Assembly: GCA_035373905.1 (NCBI GenBank)
Contig: DAOSOK010000006.1
Span: forward strand, 17,102-81,101
Length of the DNA stretch: 64,000 nt
Direction: 5' to 3'
DNA from: Candidatus Ozemobacteraceae bacterium
GTDB lineage: Bacteria; Muiribacteriota; Ozemobacteria; Ozemobacterales; Ozemobacteraceae
Both the position numbers and the translations under genes were made by a program. Below, one piece after another: positions 8,601 through 16,611 of this stretch; the first letter of the stretch is position 1, and each line of letters opens with the position of its first letter. Under the pieces are notes generated by a model. It was not told the origin of the DNA and made no database searches. It saw nothing but the letters and a program-made list of their open reading frames with translations.

Positions 8601-9983
8601 ATGCCTTTCAGCAGCCTCAAACCGGGCAGATCGCCGCTGACCGCTTTTATATATTGCGTGTTATTGCTTTTCCCTGCCTGTCAGACCGATGCCGGGATCG
8701 AATACCGGATATCGACCGTCAACGGAACCTGGCTGATGAACATGACGACGACCCTGATCCAAGGCGAGATCAATGGAAAACCCGAGGTCGTCTGCCTTCC
8801 GCGGATCGAGTTTACGTCCGAACTCGACCGCGAGGAGTTCAAACAACGGCTGAAAGCGGGTATCCAGAAGCAGGACGTCGTATTCCATATCTATCACGAT
8901 GAATTGAACAAGCCGATCAGGTCGGGAAACGTCCTGTTCGCCTCGGACATCTATCTCAAAACCCTCAAGATGAGCTACTTCGCCACGCTGCGGTCATGGG
9001 GCTACAAGTTCAAGGTCAGCCGCCAGCCGCCGTTCGAGGACCGCGCCTACGTCCAGGAGGTTCAGTCGCAAGGCCTTCTCGAGATGTCGGCCGCGCTGAA
9101 GGACGGCCAGGGAGGCGCACAGAAAGCACCGGGCGTCGCGAAGGCCGGCGCTGGCACGGCGGGAAGCGGCGGCGGAGGGGGGATGATGTCGATCGCGCAC
9201 CTGTTGCCGCAAGGGTACCTGCCGCCAGAAGTCCGGAAGATGAAGAAGGAACTCGACCGCAAGCTCCGGGAGATCAAGACTCGCCCCTTCAAGGCGGAGG
9301 TAATCAGCGTCGATCCGGTTCGATGGGCCGGCGGCCGCATGGGCCGCCTCCTGTCGGACGGCACGGCGTCAGACTGCATCATCGAAGGCCGTTGCACCGC
9401 CATCAGGCTTCCCGCACCGCCCTCGAGCGCCCCCCTGAAACCCGAGGCCTGCGCCGCGCTCGCCTCGCAGCCGTGCGAGTTCATTCTCCAGCGCGACACG
9501 AACGGACGCGAGATCCTCAGGGACGGGGCGTATGTTCTCGCCGACCTGTATCTGACGGATCTCGGGCTTACCTGGAACGACTGGCTCGAGAGCCAGGGAG
9601 TCACGCCCCCGCCGCCCGTTTCCGACCCAGCCTTTGCCACCGCACCGATTCAATTGAGAATTCAGGTGGTGAACGGCGTCTGGATGGGCCTCAAAGCGCC
9701 GGCCCTCGGCGCGGTCACGTTCGACGCCCCCCTTCCCCCAGGCTTGTCGGAAACGGAAATCATCCGCATTCCGCCGGCGGAACAGCCCATCGGCGATTTC
9801 AAGTCCTTTTCTGCCAAACTGGCTGCCGACGCGCCCGTGCGTAGCCCCGTCAACGTCACCCTTCTCCTCTTTCCCGACGGTTCGCCGTATGAGGAAATGG
9901 GGCAGAAGCGGGCCCAGCGCATCTTCTTTCCGAAAAAGCAGGCCACCCTCCTCATGCTCATGAATGCGGCAAACAAGCGCTGA
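8601..9983 (+). CDS. Hypothetical lipoprotein with internal Gly-rich linker
   Basis: Start MPFSSLKPGRSPLTAFIYCVLLLFPAC has a lipobox-like LFPAC. Contains GAGTAGSGGGGG linker. No recognised domain. The ORF-track 5' extension from 7371 is antisense to the beta-propeller gene and is rejected. Confidence 0.55.
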   Translation: MPFSSLKPGRSPLTAFIYCVLLLFPACQTDAGIEYRISTVNGTWLMNMTTTLIQGEINGKPEVVCLPRIEFTSELDREEFKQRLKAGIQKQDVVFHIYHDELNKPIRSGNVLFASDIYLKTLKMSYFATLRSWGYKFKVSRQPPFEDRAYVQEVQSQGLLEMSAALKDGQGGAQKAPGVAKAGAGTAGSGGGGGMMSIAHLLPQGYLPPEVRKMKKELDRKLREIKTRPFKAEVISVDPVRWAGGRMGRLLSDGTASDCIIEGRCTAIRLPAPPSSAPLKPEACAALASQPCEFILQRDTNGREILRDGAYVLADLYLTDLGLTWNDWLESQGVTPPPPVSDPAFATAPIQLRIQVVNGVWMGLKAPALGAVTFDAPLPPGLSETEIIRIPPAEQPIGDFKSFSAKLAADAPVRSPVNVTLLLFPDGSPYEEMGQKRAQRIFFPKKQATLLMLMNAANKR

Positions 9984-10026
9984 CGATCACACGGTTGATT
10001 TCCGTACCTTTCTTCCAGTCAGCATC

Positions 10027-10055
10027 TTGCCACCCCCCCAGCCGATTCTTATAAT
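10027..10055 (+). promoter_or_regulatory. Sigma-70-type promoter (TTGCCA-N17-TATAAT) for the glycine-zipper gene
   Basis: ttgcca at 10027-10032, 17-nt spacer, tataat at 10050-10055. GAGGTG RBS at 10091-10096 and ATG at 10101. This places the true start downstream of the ORF-track start at 10056. Confidence 0.45.
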
Positions 10056-10100
10056 TTGTACATTCGTCTTTTTGAAATCATGTGCGAAGCGAGGTGTCTT

Positions 10101-10850
10101 ATGAACAGCATCGCCTTACGGCGTCATACGTCGATTCATCTTCTGGTCGTCCTGTCGTTCGTCTGTTCGCTGTTCGTCATGCCGGCTCCGGCGAATGCCG
10201 GAGTGCTGTCCAAGGTCTGGTCGTTCGTCAGGCCGGTCGTGAAGATCGCCGGCCACGTCGGCGGCGCCATTGCCGGCGCCACGATGGCCTCGGCGATCGT
10301 TCCTCCCCTCGGCACGATCGTGGGCGGCGTTGCCGGCTGGATCGTCGGCGGGATGATCGCCGATTACGGAAGCGCGAGCCTGTCCAACCTCGCCGCGATA
10401 GCGGCTGGCGTGGCCGGCGCCATCGCCCTCGGGCCGAGCGCCATCGGCATGGTCGGCGGCTTCCTGCTTGGCGGGCTGGTCGGGAAATTGGCTTTCAGCC
10501 TGCTGAAAAAGGCCGACCGCGAAGTGACGGGCGGCGTTCTTCTCAACCAGGCACAGGCTGCACAGGCGCCTTCGATGTCCGTGTCTTCCCAGGTTGGCGA
10601 GGTGAAGAGCGACCTGAACAACGGGATGCAGAAGGTCGTGAACACCGTGAAGGAAAAGGTGGACATCGTCACCGACAAGGCGAAAGACACCAAGGCGAAC
10701 CTGATCCGCGAAGCCCAGGAAAAGTATGAACAGGCTTCGAAGGCCTATCGCGAAGCCGTCGAGAAAGCCCAGGGCTCCGAAGTCGTCCGGAAGGCCAAGC
10801 AGGTCATGGACGCTGCCAAAAACGGTCTCCAGCAGCTTCTTCGCAAATAA
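10101..10850 (+). CDS. Secreted/membrane glycine-zipper protein with C-terminal coiled coil
   Basis: Signal peptide MNSIALRRHTSIHLLVVLSFVCSLFVMPAPANA. GxxxG-rich segments (GHVGGAIAGATMASAIVPPLGTIVGGVAGWIVGGMIADYG...). C-terminal K/E-rich helix. Confidence 0.6.
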   Translation: MNSIALRRHTSIHLLVVLSFVCSLFVMPAPANAGVLSKVWSFVRPVVKIAGHVGGAIAGATMASAIVPPLGTIVGGVAGWIVGGMIADYGSASLSNLAAIAAGVAGAIALGPSAIGMVGGFLLGGLVGKLAFSLLKKADREVTGGVLLNQAQAAQAPSMSVSSQVGEVKSDLNNGMQKVVNTVKEKVDIVTDKAKDTKANLIREAQEKYEQASKAYREAVEKAQGSEVVRKAKQVMDAAKNGLQQLLRK

Positions 10851-10861
10851 TCAGACATCAA

Positions 10862-10901
10862 ACACGAGCGGGGCCGAAGAATTCTTCGGCCCCGCTCGTG
10901 T
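10862..10901. terminator. Perfect 40-bp palindrome (20-bp arms, GAATTC core), likely intrinsic terminator or protein-binding site after the glycine-zipper gene
   Basis: acacgagcggggccgaagaa|ttcttcggccccgctcgtgt is an exact reverse complement of itself. Lies 12 nt after the stop codon. No clear T-tract follows. Confidence 0.5.
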
Positions 10902-10926
10902 CTATCGGACCTTCTCAAACCTCACC

Positions 10927-11025
10927 GTTTCCGTTCGTGCTGAGCCTGTCGAAGCACGAACGGACTCTCGCCCCCTTCGACAGGCTCAGGACAAGCTTCG
11001 ATACGTTCAGGGCGAACGGGGGGTT
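10927..11025. repeat. Dispersed hairpin repeat element, copy 1 (long form)
   Basis: Core CCGTTCGTGCTGAGCCTGTCGAAGCACGAACGG...CCCTTCGACAGGCTCAGG...GTTCAGGGCGAACGG is shared with the copies at 15284 and 17793. Contains nested, mutually exclusive inverted repeats. Translates in one frame to PFVLSLSKHER...FDRLR...RANGG. Confidence 0.6.
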
Positions 11026-11079
11026 CTCACTTTGCCTCTCCCATGAACCTGAGCGTCAGCGACGTCAGGCAAAGCGTCA

Positions 11080-12381
11080 TCATGCATAGGCAAGCTTCAG
11101 GCCTTCATCCATCGCCGCCCACAGCGTCTCGACACCCTCGAGGCCGACGGACCAGCGGACGAGCCCCTGCGTGATCCCGCGCGCGAGGCGGTCGGCCTCG
11201 GGGATACCGGAGTGGGTCATCGATGCCGGGTGCTGGATGTAGCTGATCGCACTGCCGAGACTGACGGCCAGTTCCATGGGAGTAGTATATCCAGCAAAAT
11301 AGTTCATCAGCTTCTGGGCCGGTTCGAAACCGTCCTTGAGCTCGAAGGCGATCATGCCGCCCGCTCTGCGCATCTGTCGTTTCGCCAGTTCGTGCTGCGG
11401 ATGCGACGCCAGCCCCGGGAACCAGACGCGCGCAACGCGCGGATGGGCCTCGAGGCGACGGGCAAGCTCGTCTGCACTGTCGCAGATTTGCTCCATGCGC
11501 ACGGCGAGCGTCTGAAGTCCCTGAGAATTCAGCCAGGAGTCGAAGGGACTCGGCGTCGGGCCGTGATCCTTGTAAACCGGGAACAGATACTCGCCCATGA
11601 ACGACCAGGGCCCGATCACCACGCCTGCCACCGACGTCGAGTGGCCATTCACATATTTCGTCAGGCTCTGGATGACGATATCTGCGCCGAGCCTGAACGG
11701 CTGCTGCAGATAGGGCGTTGCGAACGTGTTGTCGACGACAAACGGTATACGGCGAGCTTCCGCAAGTTTCGAGATAGCCCGGATATCCGATACGTTCAGG
11801 GTCGGGTTGTCGGGCGATTCCAAATACACCATCGCCGCGTTCGGGCTCCGAGCAAGGGCCTCTTCGACCTTTTTCACGTCGCTGGTATCGACGAAATGCG
11901 TCTTCACTCCGAACTTCTCGAGCGACCGGAAAAAGCTGTCGGTGCAGCCGTAGACGCTTCCCGAAATGATCTCTGAGCCGCTTTTCACGAGCGCGAACGT
12001 CGTGCAGGCGATGGCACCCATGCCCGAAGCGCAGACCAGGGAGGCAATCGTGGGCTTTCGTTCGTCCGCGGCCAGCGCGGCATCGATCAGGTGCTGGCAG
12101 TCGAGTCGGAACAGGACTTTCTCGAGGTATTCGGTCGTCGGGTTGCCAAGACGGGTGTAGATGCGGGCGAACGGCTTCTCGCCGCTCTTCGACTCGCCGA
12201 GGAACCGTTCGGCGCCGTCCTTGACGTTCCGGAAGCTGAACGTCGACTTCTGGACGATATTGGGCAGACCTATTCCAACCGCTATAGATGCGAACTGGTC
12301 GGCCGAAAGGAACGGCTCGTCCGTGCGCGCATACTTGTTTTTCCGCTCGAGCCAACTGTCATACCAGGGATGCATCGACAT
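11080..12381 (-). CDS. metY: PLP-dependent O-acetylhomoserine sulfhydrylase / methionine gamma-lyase family enzyme
   Basis: Cys/Met-metabolism PLP fold with active-site lysine motif SLTKYVNGHS, plus GNPT and VDNTFATPYLQ motifs. About 430 aa with an N-terminal extension, favouring the MetY type over MGL. Start at MSMHPW chosen over the upstream in-frame Met. Confidence 0.75.
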   Translation of the reverse strand: MSMHPWYDSWLERKNKYARTDEPFLSADQFASIAVGIGLPNIVQKSTFSFRNVKDGAERFLGESKSGEKPFARIYTRLGNPTTEYLEKVLFRLDCQHLIDAALAADERKPTIASLVCASGMGAIACTTFALVKSGSEIISGSVYGCTDSFFRSLEKFGVKTHFVDTSDVKKVEEALARSPNAAMVYLESPDNPTLNVSDIRAISKLAEARRIPFVVDNTFATPYLQQPFRLGADIVIQSLTKYVNGHSTSVAGVVIGPWSFMGEYLFPVYKDHGPTPSPFDSWLNSQGLQTLAVRMEQICDSADELARRLEAHPRVARVWFPGLASHPQHELAKRQMRRAGGMIAFELKDGFEPAQKLMNYFAGYTTPMELAVSLGSAISYIQHPASMTHSGIPEADRLARGITQGLVRWSVGLEGVETLWAAMDEGLKLAYA

Positions 12382-12593
12382 GGAAATGCTCCTTTCCTTC
12401 CTTCTGGACATTCTGTACAGTCCAGTTTACCCGCATCGGCCGTCCCGGTCAACGGCGCCCATCGGAACGCCCCGAGTTTCGGGCGGTTCTGGGCAAGAAA
12501 AAAAGTACAGAAAACGGTGGAAAAAAGCAGGTTGGAGACGTATGATGCACATCATGATCAAGTCCGGGAAATATCTGTTCATGGAGTGAGCTG

Positions 12594-13877
12594 ATGCCCA
12601 ACGGCCGGGAGAAGGAAACGAAGTATTTCCTCGCCGATCTGATCGGAGCCGACATCCGTTCCGCGGAAGGCGCCGTCCCGGCCCGCGTCGTCGATTTCAC
12701 CCTTCTCCTCGGCGAGAAGTATCCTCGCCTCTCCCATATCGTCATCGAATGCGATGCCGGCGACCGCCGCCTCGTGCGACGCGACCAGTTCGCCCGGTTC
12801 GCCCCCGGCTCGCTCGAACTCGCCCAACCGGTATCGGATCTGCCTCTGCTTTCCGACGTCCCCGACTCGGTGCTCGTCCGCAACATCTGGGACAAGCAGA
12901 TCGTCGACACATCGGACGCGCGCGTCGTGCGGGTGAACGACCTGCAGATCGCCGAAGTCAAAGGGGAACTCCGCCTGCTGGGCGTCGACGTCGGCTTTCG
13001 CGGCCTGCTGCGCCGTCTCGGCTTCGAAAAGTTTCTGTGCCCCCTGATCGAACGGTTCTCGGGCCCCCTGAAGAATGAAATCATCGGCTGGGACATCGTC
13101 GAAAGCGTACCGACGAATTTCACGCATCTGAAGCTCGCCGTTCCCTCGCAAAAAATCCGCGAGCTCCATCCCGCCGACCTCGCCGACATTCTCGACGACC
13201 TCAGCGTCCAGGAAGGCCTCTCCCTGCTGAAAGGGCTCGACACCGAAACGGCCGCCGAAACGCTGGCCGAGGCGGAAGCCGAAACCCAGGCCCAGATCAT
13301 CGCCGAGATGCCCACCGAACGGGCATCCGACATTCTCGAGGAGATGGAGCCCGACGAAGCCGTCGACATCCTCCAGGACCTCGAGGAGGACAAGGCCGCC
13401 GAGATTCTCTCGCACATGGATGCCGAAGAGGCGAACGATGTACGGGAACTGCTGAAGCACCCCGAGAACACGGCGGGCGGCCTCATGAGCGTCGGCTTCG
13501 CCACCATCTTCGAGGAGTTTTCCGTCGATGAGGCGTTCAAGCATCTGAGGCTGATGGCGGTCGACCTCGAGATCATCTACTACCTGTACGTCGTGAACAA
13601 GAACGACAAGCTGCTGGGCGTCGTCTCGATCCGCGACCTGCTCGTGGCCAATCCGTCCGCAAAAGTCGTCGATATCATGAACGACAAGCTGATTTTCGTC
13701 TCGCCCGACACGCCCCAGGAAGAGGTCGCGGCGCTCATCTCCAAATACGATCTGCTCGCGCTTCCCGTTCTCGACGAGGACGGAGGGATGATCGGCGTCG
13801 TCACCATCGACGACGTGATCGAACTGCTGCTCGACAATATGCCGCGTATGTGGAAGCGGCGAGCGCTGACGAGCTGA
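12594..13877 (+). CDS. Soluble MgtE-N-domain + tandem CBS-domain protein (MgtE cytoplasmic sensor module without transporter domain)
   Basis: Acidic helical MgtE_N-like region (ELHPADLADILDDL...EAEAETQAQIIAEMPTERASDILEEMEPDEAVDILQDLEED). Followed by a CBS pair (GGLMSVGFATI...YLYVVNKNDKLLGVVSIRDLL...IFVSPDTPQEEVAALISKYDLLALPVLDEDGGMIGVVTIDDVIELL). Ends without any TM domain. Confidence 0.8.
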   Translation: MPNGREKETKYFLADLIGADIRSAEGAVPARVVDFTLLLGEKYPRLSHIVIECDAGDRRLVRRDQFARFAPGSLELAQPVSDLPLLSDVPDSVLVRNIWDKQIVDTSDARVVRVNDLQIAEVKGELRLLGVDVGFRGLLRRLGFEKFLCPLIERFSGPLKNEIIGWDIVESVPTNFTHLKLAVPSQKIRELHPADLADILDDLSVQEGLSLLKGLDTETAAETLAEAEAETQAQIIAEMPTERASDILEEMEPDEAVDILQDLEEDKAAEILSHMDAEEANDVRELLKHPENTAGGLMSVGFATIFEEFSVDEAFKHLRLMAVDLEIIYYLYVVNKNDKLLGVVSIRDLLVANPSAKVVDIMNDKLIFVSPDTPQEEVAALISKYDLLALPVLDEDGGMIGVVTIDDVIELLLDNMPRMWKRRALTS

Positions 13878-13887
13878 GGACCGGACG

Positions 13888-15189
13888 ATGCCGCAGCGCT
13901 TTCTCGCCTTTGCCCGCGCCAGACGCCGTCTGCTAGCCATTCTCGCCGTTCTTGGCCCCGGCCTGATCACGGCGACGGTCGACAACGATTCGGGCGGCAT
14001 CGCCACCTACTCGCTCGCCGGAGCGTTGTACGGGTTCGACCTGCTCTGGACGCTGTTGCCCATCACCGTCCTGCTGATCATCACGATGGAGATGAGCGCC
14101 CGGCTCGGGGCCGCGACGGGCCAGGGGCTCGCCGATCTTCTTCGGGAGCGATTCGGGGTGAAGGTCACGTTCTGGATGCTTTTGACCGTGCTGATGGCGA
14201 ACTACGGCACGGTCATCAGCGAATTCGCTGGAATAGCAAGCTCTATAGATATTTGCGGCACCGCGACGGGGTATCCGGAAGTCTTCACCTGGCTCAAATA
14301 CCTGCTGATCCCCCTGCTCACCTTCGGCATCTGGAAACTGATCACAGAGTACGACTACAAGAAGATCGAGAAGTTCTTTCTCATCTCGATCGTGTTCTAT
14401 CTCGCCTACCCGATCTCGGCCTATCTCGCGAAGCCCGACTGGGGAAGCGCGATGACCGCTCTCGTCACCCCGAAATTCCGGTTCGACGCCGGGTATTTCT
14501 TCACGATGATCGGCGTCATCGGCACCACCATCACGCCCTGGATGCAGTTCTACCTCCAGTCGACCCTGATCGAGAAAGGGATCACGCTCAAGGATTACGA
14601 CGACGCGAAATGGGAAGTCGGACTCGGATGTGTGACGACCGATGTCATCTCGTTCTTCATCATCGTCGCCTGCGCCGTCACACTCCACTTCACGCCGGGA
14701 GCCCCCGCGGTCACCGGCATCGACGACATCGGAAAAGCCCTCGTTCCGCTCGCAGGCGCGTACGCCGGCTACCTGTTCGCCCTCGGTCTCTTCAATGCGT
14801 CATTGTTCGGCGCCGCGATCCTGCCGCTCTCGACGGCGTTCGCGATCTGCGAGGGCATGGGCTGGGAACGCGGCATGAACAAGACCTACGACGAGGCCCC
14901 CTGGTTCTACTGGATCTTCTCGTCCCTCCTCGTCACCGGCGCCGCGATCGTGCTGATTCCCGGCATCAGCTTCCTGTATCTGGCCGTCATGCGCGTGTCG
15001 CAAGTGGCGCAGGGCCTGATCCTGCCGCCCTTCCTGTATTTTCTCGTCAAACTCGGCGACGACCGCTCCCTGCTCGGAGAATACGCGAACCCGCCCTGGC
15101 TCAGCCGCATCTCGTGGGCCAGCTTTTATATTCTTACAGCGATCGATCTCGTCCTGCTGAGCGCCACCCTCAAGGAGTTCTTCCTGTAG
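13888..15189 (+). CDS. NRAMP (SLC11)-family divalent cation transporter with non-canonical metal-site residues
   Basis: About 11 TM segments. TM1 motif is DNDSGG in place of canonical DPGN. TM6 is GTTITPWMQFYLQSTL in place of GAxxMPHNLYLHS. Start is 11 nt after the stop of the MgtE-N/CBS gene. Confidence 0.8.
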   Translation: MPQRFLAFARARRRLLAILAVLGPGLITATVDNDSGGIATYSLAGALYGFDLLWTLLPITVLLIITMEMSARLGAATGQGLADLLRERFGVKVTFWMLLTVLMANYGTVISEFAGIASSIDICGTATGYPEVFTWLKYLLIPLLTFGIWKLITEYDYKKIEKFFLISIVFYLAYPISAYLAKPDWGSAMTALVTPKFRFDAGYFFTMIGVIGTTITPWMQFYLQSTLIEKGITLKDYDDAKWEVGLGCVTTDVISFFIIVACAVTLHFTPGAPAVTGIDDIGKALVPLAGAYAGYLFALGLFNASLFGAAILPLSTAFAICEGMGWERGMNKTYDEAPWFYWIFSSLLVTGAAIVLIPGISFLYLAVMRVSQVAQGLILPPFLYFLVKLGDDRSLLGEYANPPWLSRISWASFYILTAIDLVLLSATLKEFFL

Positions 15190-15283
15190 GGGCCCCCTAC
15201 ACCGGCTCACATACGTGCGGCAACGGAGTTCCTACTCGTCGCAAAAGGAACACGACACTCATCCCGTATACTCGCACACTCGA

Positions 15284-15347
15284 TGCCGTTCGTGCTGAGC
15301 TTGTCGAAGCACGACAGCTCTCGCCCTTCGACAAGCTCAAGGCGACC
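15284..15347. repeat. Dispersed hairpin repeat element, copy 2 (short, diverged)
   Basis: GCCGTTCGTGCTGAGCTTGTCGAAGCACGACAGC...CGCCCTTCGACAAGCTCAAGGCGA. Same core as copies 1 and 3, with compensatory changes (CCTG to CTTG in both arms). Confidence 0.55.
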
Positions 15348-15419
15348 AGCTGCATCATGTCAGATCGCATACGATATGTTTCATACACGATAGTTGTCGC
15401 CTAACATATGAGACGAGTA

Positions 15420-16445
15420 TTACTGCTGGCGCAATTTCGGCAGGTTGTCGGCACCGGACTGGTATCCCTGCGGATGCAGGCTTACGACCGTGCAAACCAG
15501 CGCATCGGTGGCATCGAGAACGAATTTCCAACGTTCAACCGGTGTCCGGGACGAATTGACAGCCTCGAACGAAAACTCGCCTTCCTTGTCGACCGTCGCG
15601 GTAAAATCGCGCTTTCCGCTGACGGGGATCATTCCATTGTCGTTCACCTTCGTGCTCGAAACGACTTCGACGTTGACATAGCCCGTCAACTTGTCCGTAC
15701 TGCGTTCGACATGAAGGGTCAGATTGACGGTCGCCCGGTGACCTACCGTCGTTCCGTCGAGCGTCTTCGTATACAGCGTTCCCTGACCGGTCCAGGTTCC
15801 CGACATGTCGTTGCCTGTGAAGCGGGAAATCTTGTCCAGCGTATGCTGGCTCGTAATGTCGGCGAGCGCATCCTCCACCCCCTCTTCGAACGTGGCAGGC
15901 GTCATGCCGGCATCGGCCAGCCACACGGCGAGTTTGGTCGCAAGCGAAGCGCAGAACTCATCCAGAATGTCATAGTCCTGAATCTGGCTGATTTTCGCGT
16001 TATACGCCTCGTAGATGAGCGATTTTGCCGTGGAGGTAAGGTTGACGGTTCCCATGTTCATCTGGGTGCCGGTGTATGGTTTTGTCGCGCGCAACGAGAG
16101 GCTGGCCAGGTCGAAGCGGATTTCATAGGCGCCAAAGGGCTCGAGCCCCGTGACCTTGAACGAGCTGTCGCCCGTGTTCAGGCTGAAGGAAACGGCCTTT
16201 CCATTCACCTTGCAGGTGCCTTTCTCGGCAAAGTCCTTCAGAAGCTCCGTATTGTAACCCGACTGGGCCTTCACGGCCGAAGCGCGGGAGGAGCCGCCCA
16301 CCAGCGCCGTCGCGTTGAGAGCCGGCGGCTGCAGCTGGCCGTAAAGTGTCGTGGTTGTGGCAGAGCCGCTGTTCGAAGTGCTGCTCATACCGCATCCGGC
16401 CAGCAAAGGCAACAGGCATATCAGGGCGCACAGCGCACGTTTCAT
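15420..16445 (-). CDS. Hypothetical lipoprotein
   Basis: Signal peptide plus lipobox LLAGCG. Ser/Thr-rich mature protein with no recognised domains. Confidence 0.55.
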   Translation of the reverse strand: MKRALCALICLLPLLAGCGMSSTSNSGSATTTTLYGQLQPPALNATALVGGSSRASAVKAQSGYNTELLKDFAEKGTCKVNGKAVSFSLNTGDSSFKVTGLEPFGAYEIRFDLASLSLRATKPYTGTQMNMGTVNLTSTAKSLIYEAYNAKISQIQDYDILDEFCASLATKLAVWLADAGMTPATFEEGVEDALADITSQHTLDKISRFTGNDMSGTWTGQGTLYTKTLDGTTVGHRATVNLTLHVERSTDKLTGYVNVEVVSSTKVNDNGMIPVSGKRDFTATVDKEGEFSFEAVNSSRTPVERWKFVLDATDALVCTVVSLHPQGYQSGADNLPKLRQQ

Positions 16446-16549
16446 CGGTCGGGTACCTCCTGCGTCACATCGGGCGATTCGGGGTCGGTGAAAGTTTACC
16501 AGCTTCCGCCGAACCGTACAAGCCCCTATCCCGGAACCGCCGGATGAAG

Positions 16550-16584
16550 AAAACCCGCCGATTCATTCTGCTCGGCGGGTTTTC
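16550..16584. terminator. Rho-independent terminator (stem CCCGCCG/CGGCGGG flanked by A and T runs)
   Basis: aaaacccgccgattcattctgctcggcgggtttt lies about 30 nt downstream of the minus-strand gene ending at 16612. Reads as a hairpin plus U-tract on either strand. Confidence 0.5.
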
Positions 16585-16611
16585 CGGAACAACGGGGAAG
16601 AAAACAGGGAT

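Noticed and set aside
10056-10100. Upstream in-frame start (MYIRLFEIMCEARCL) for the glycine-zipper gene
   Set aside because: It lies inside or upstream of the TTGCCA-N17-TATAAT promoter. The GAGGTG RBS and signal peptide favour ATG at 10101.
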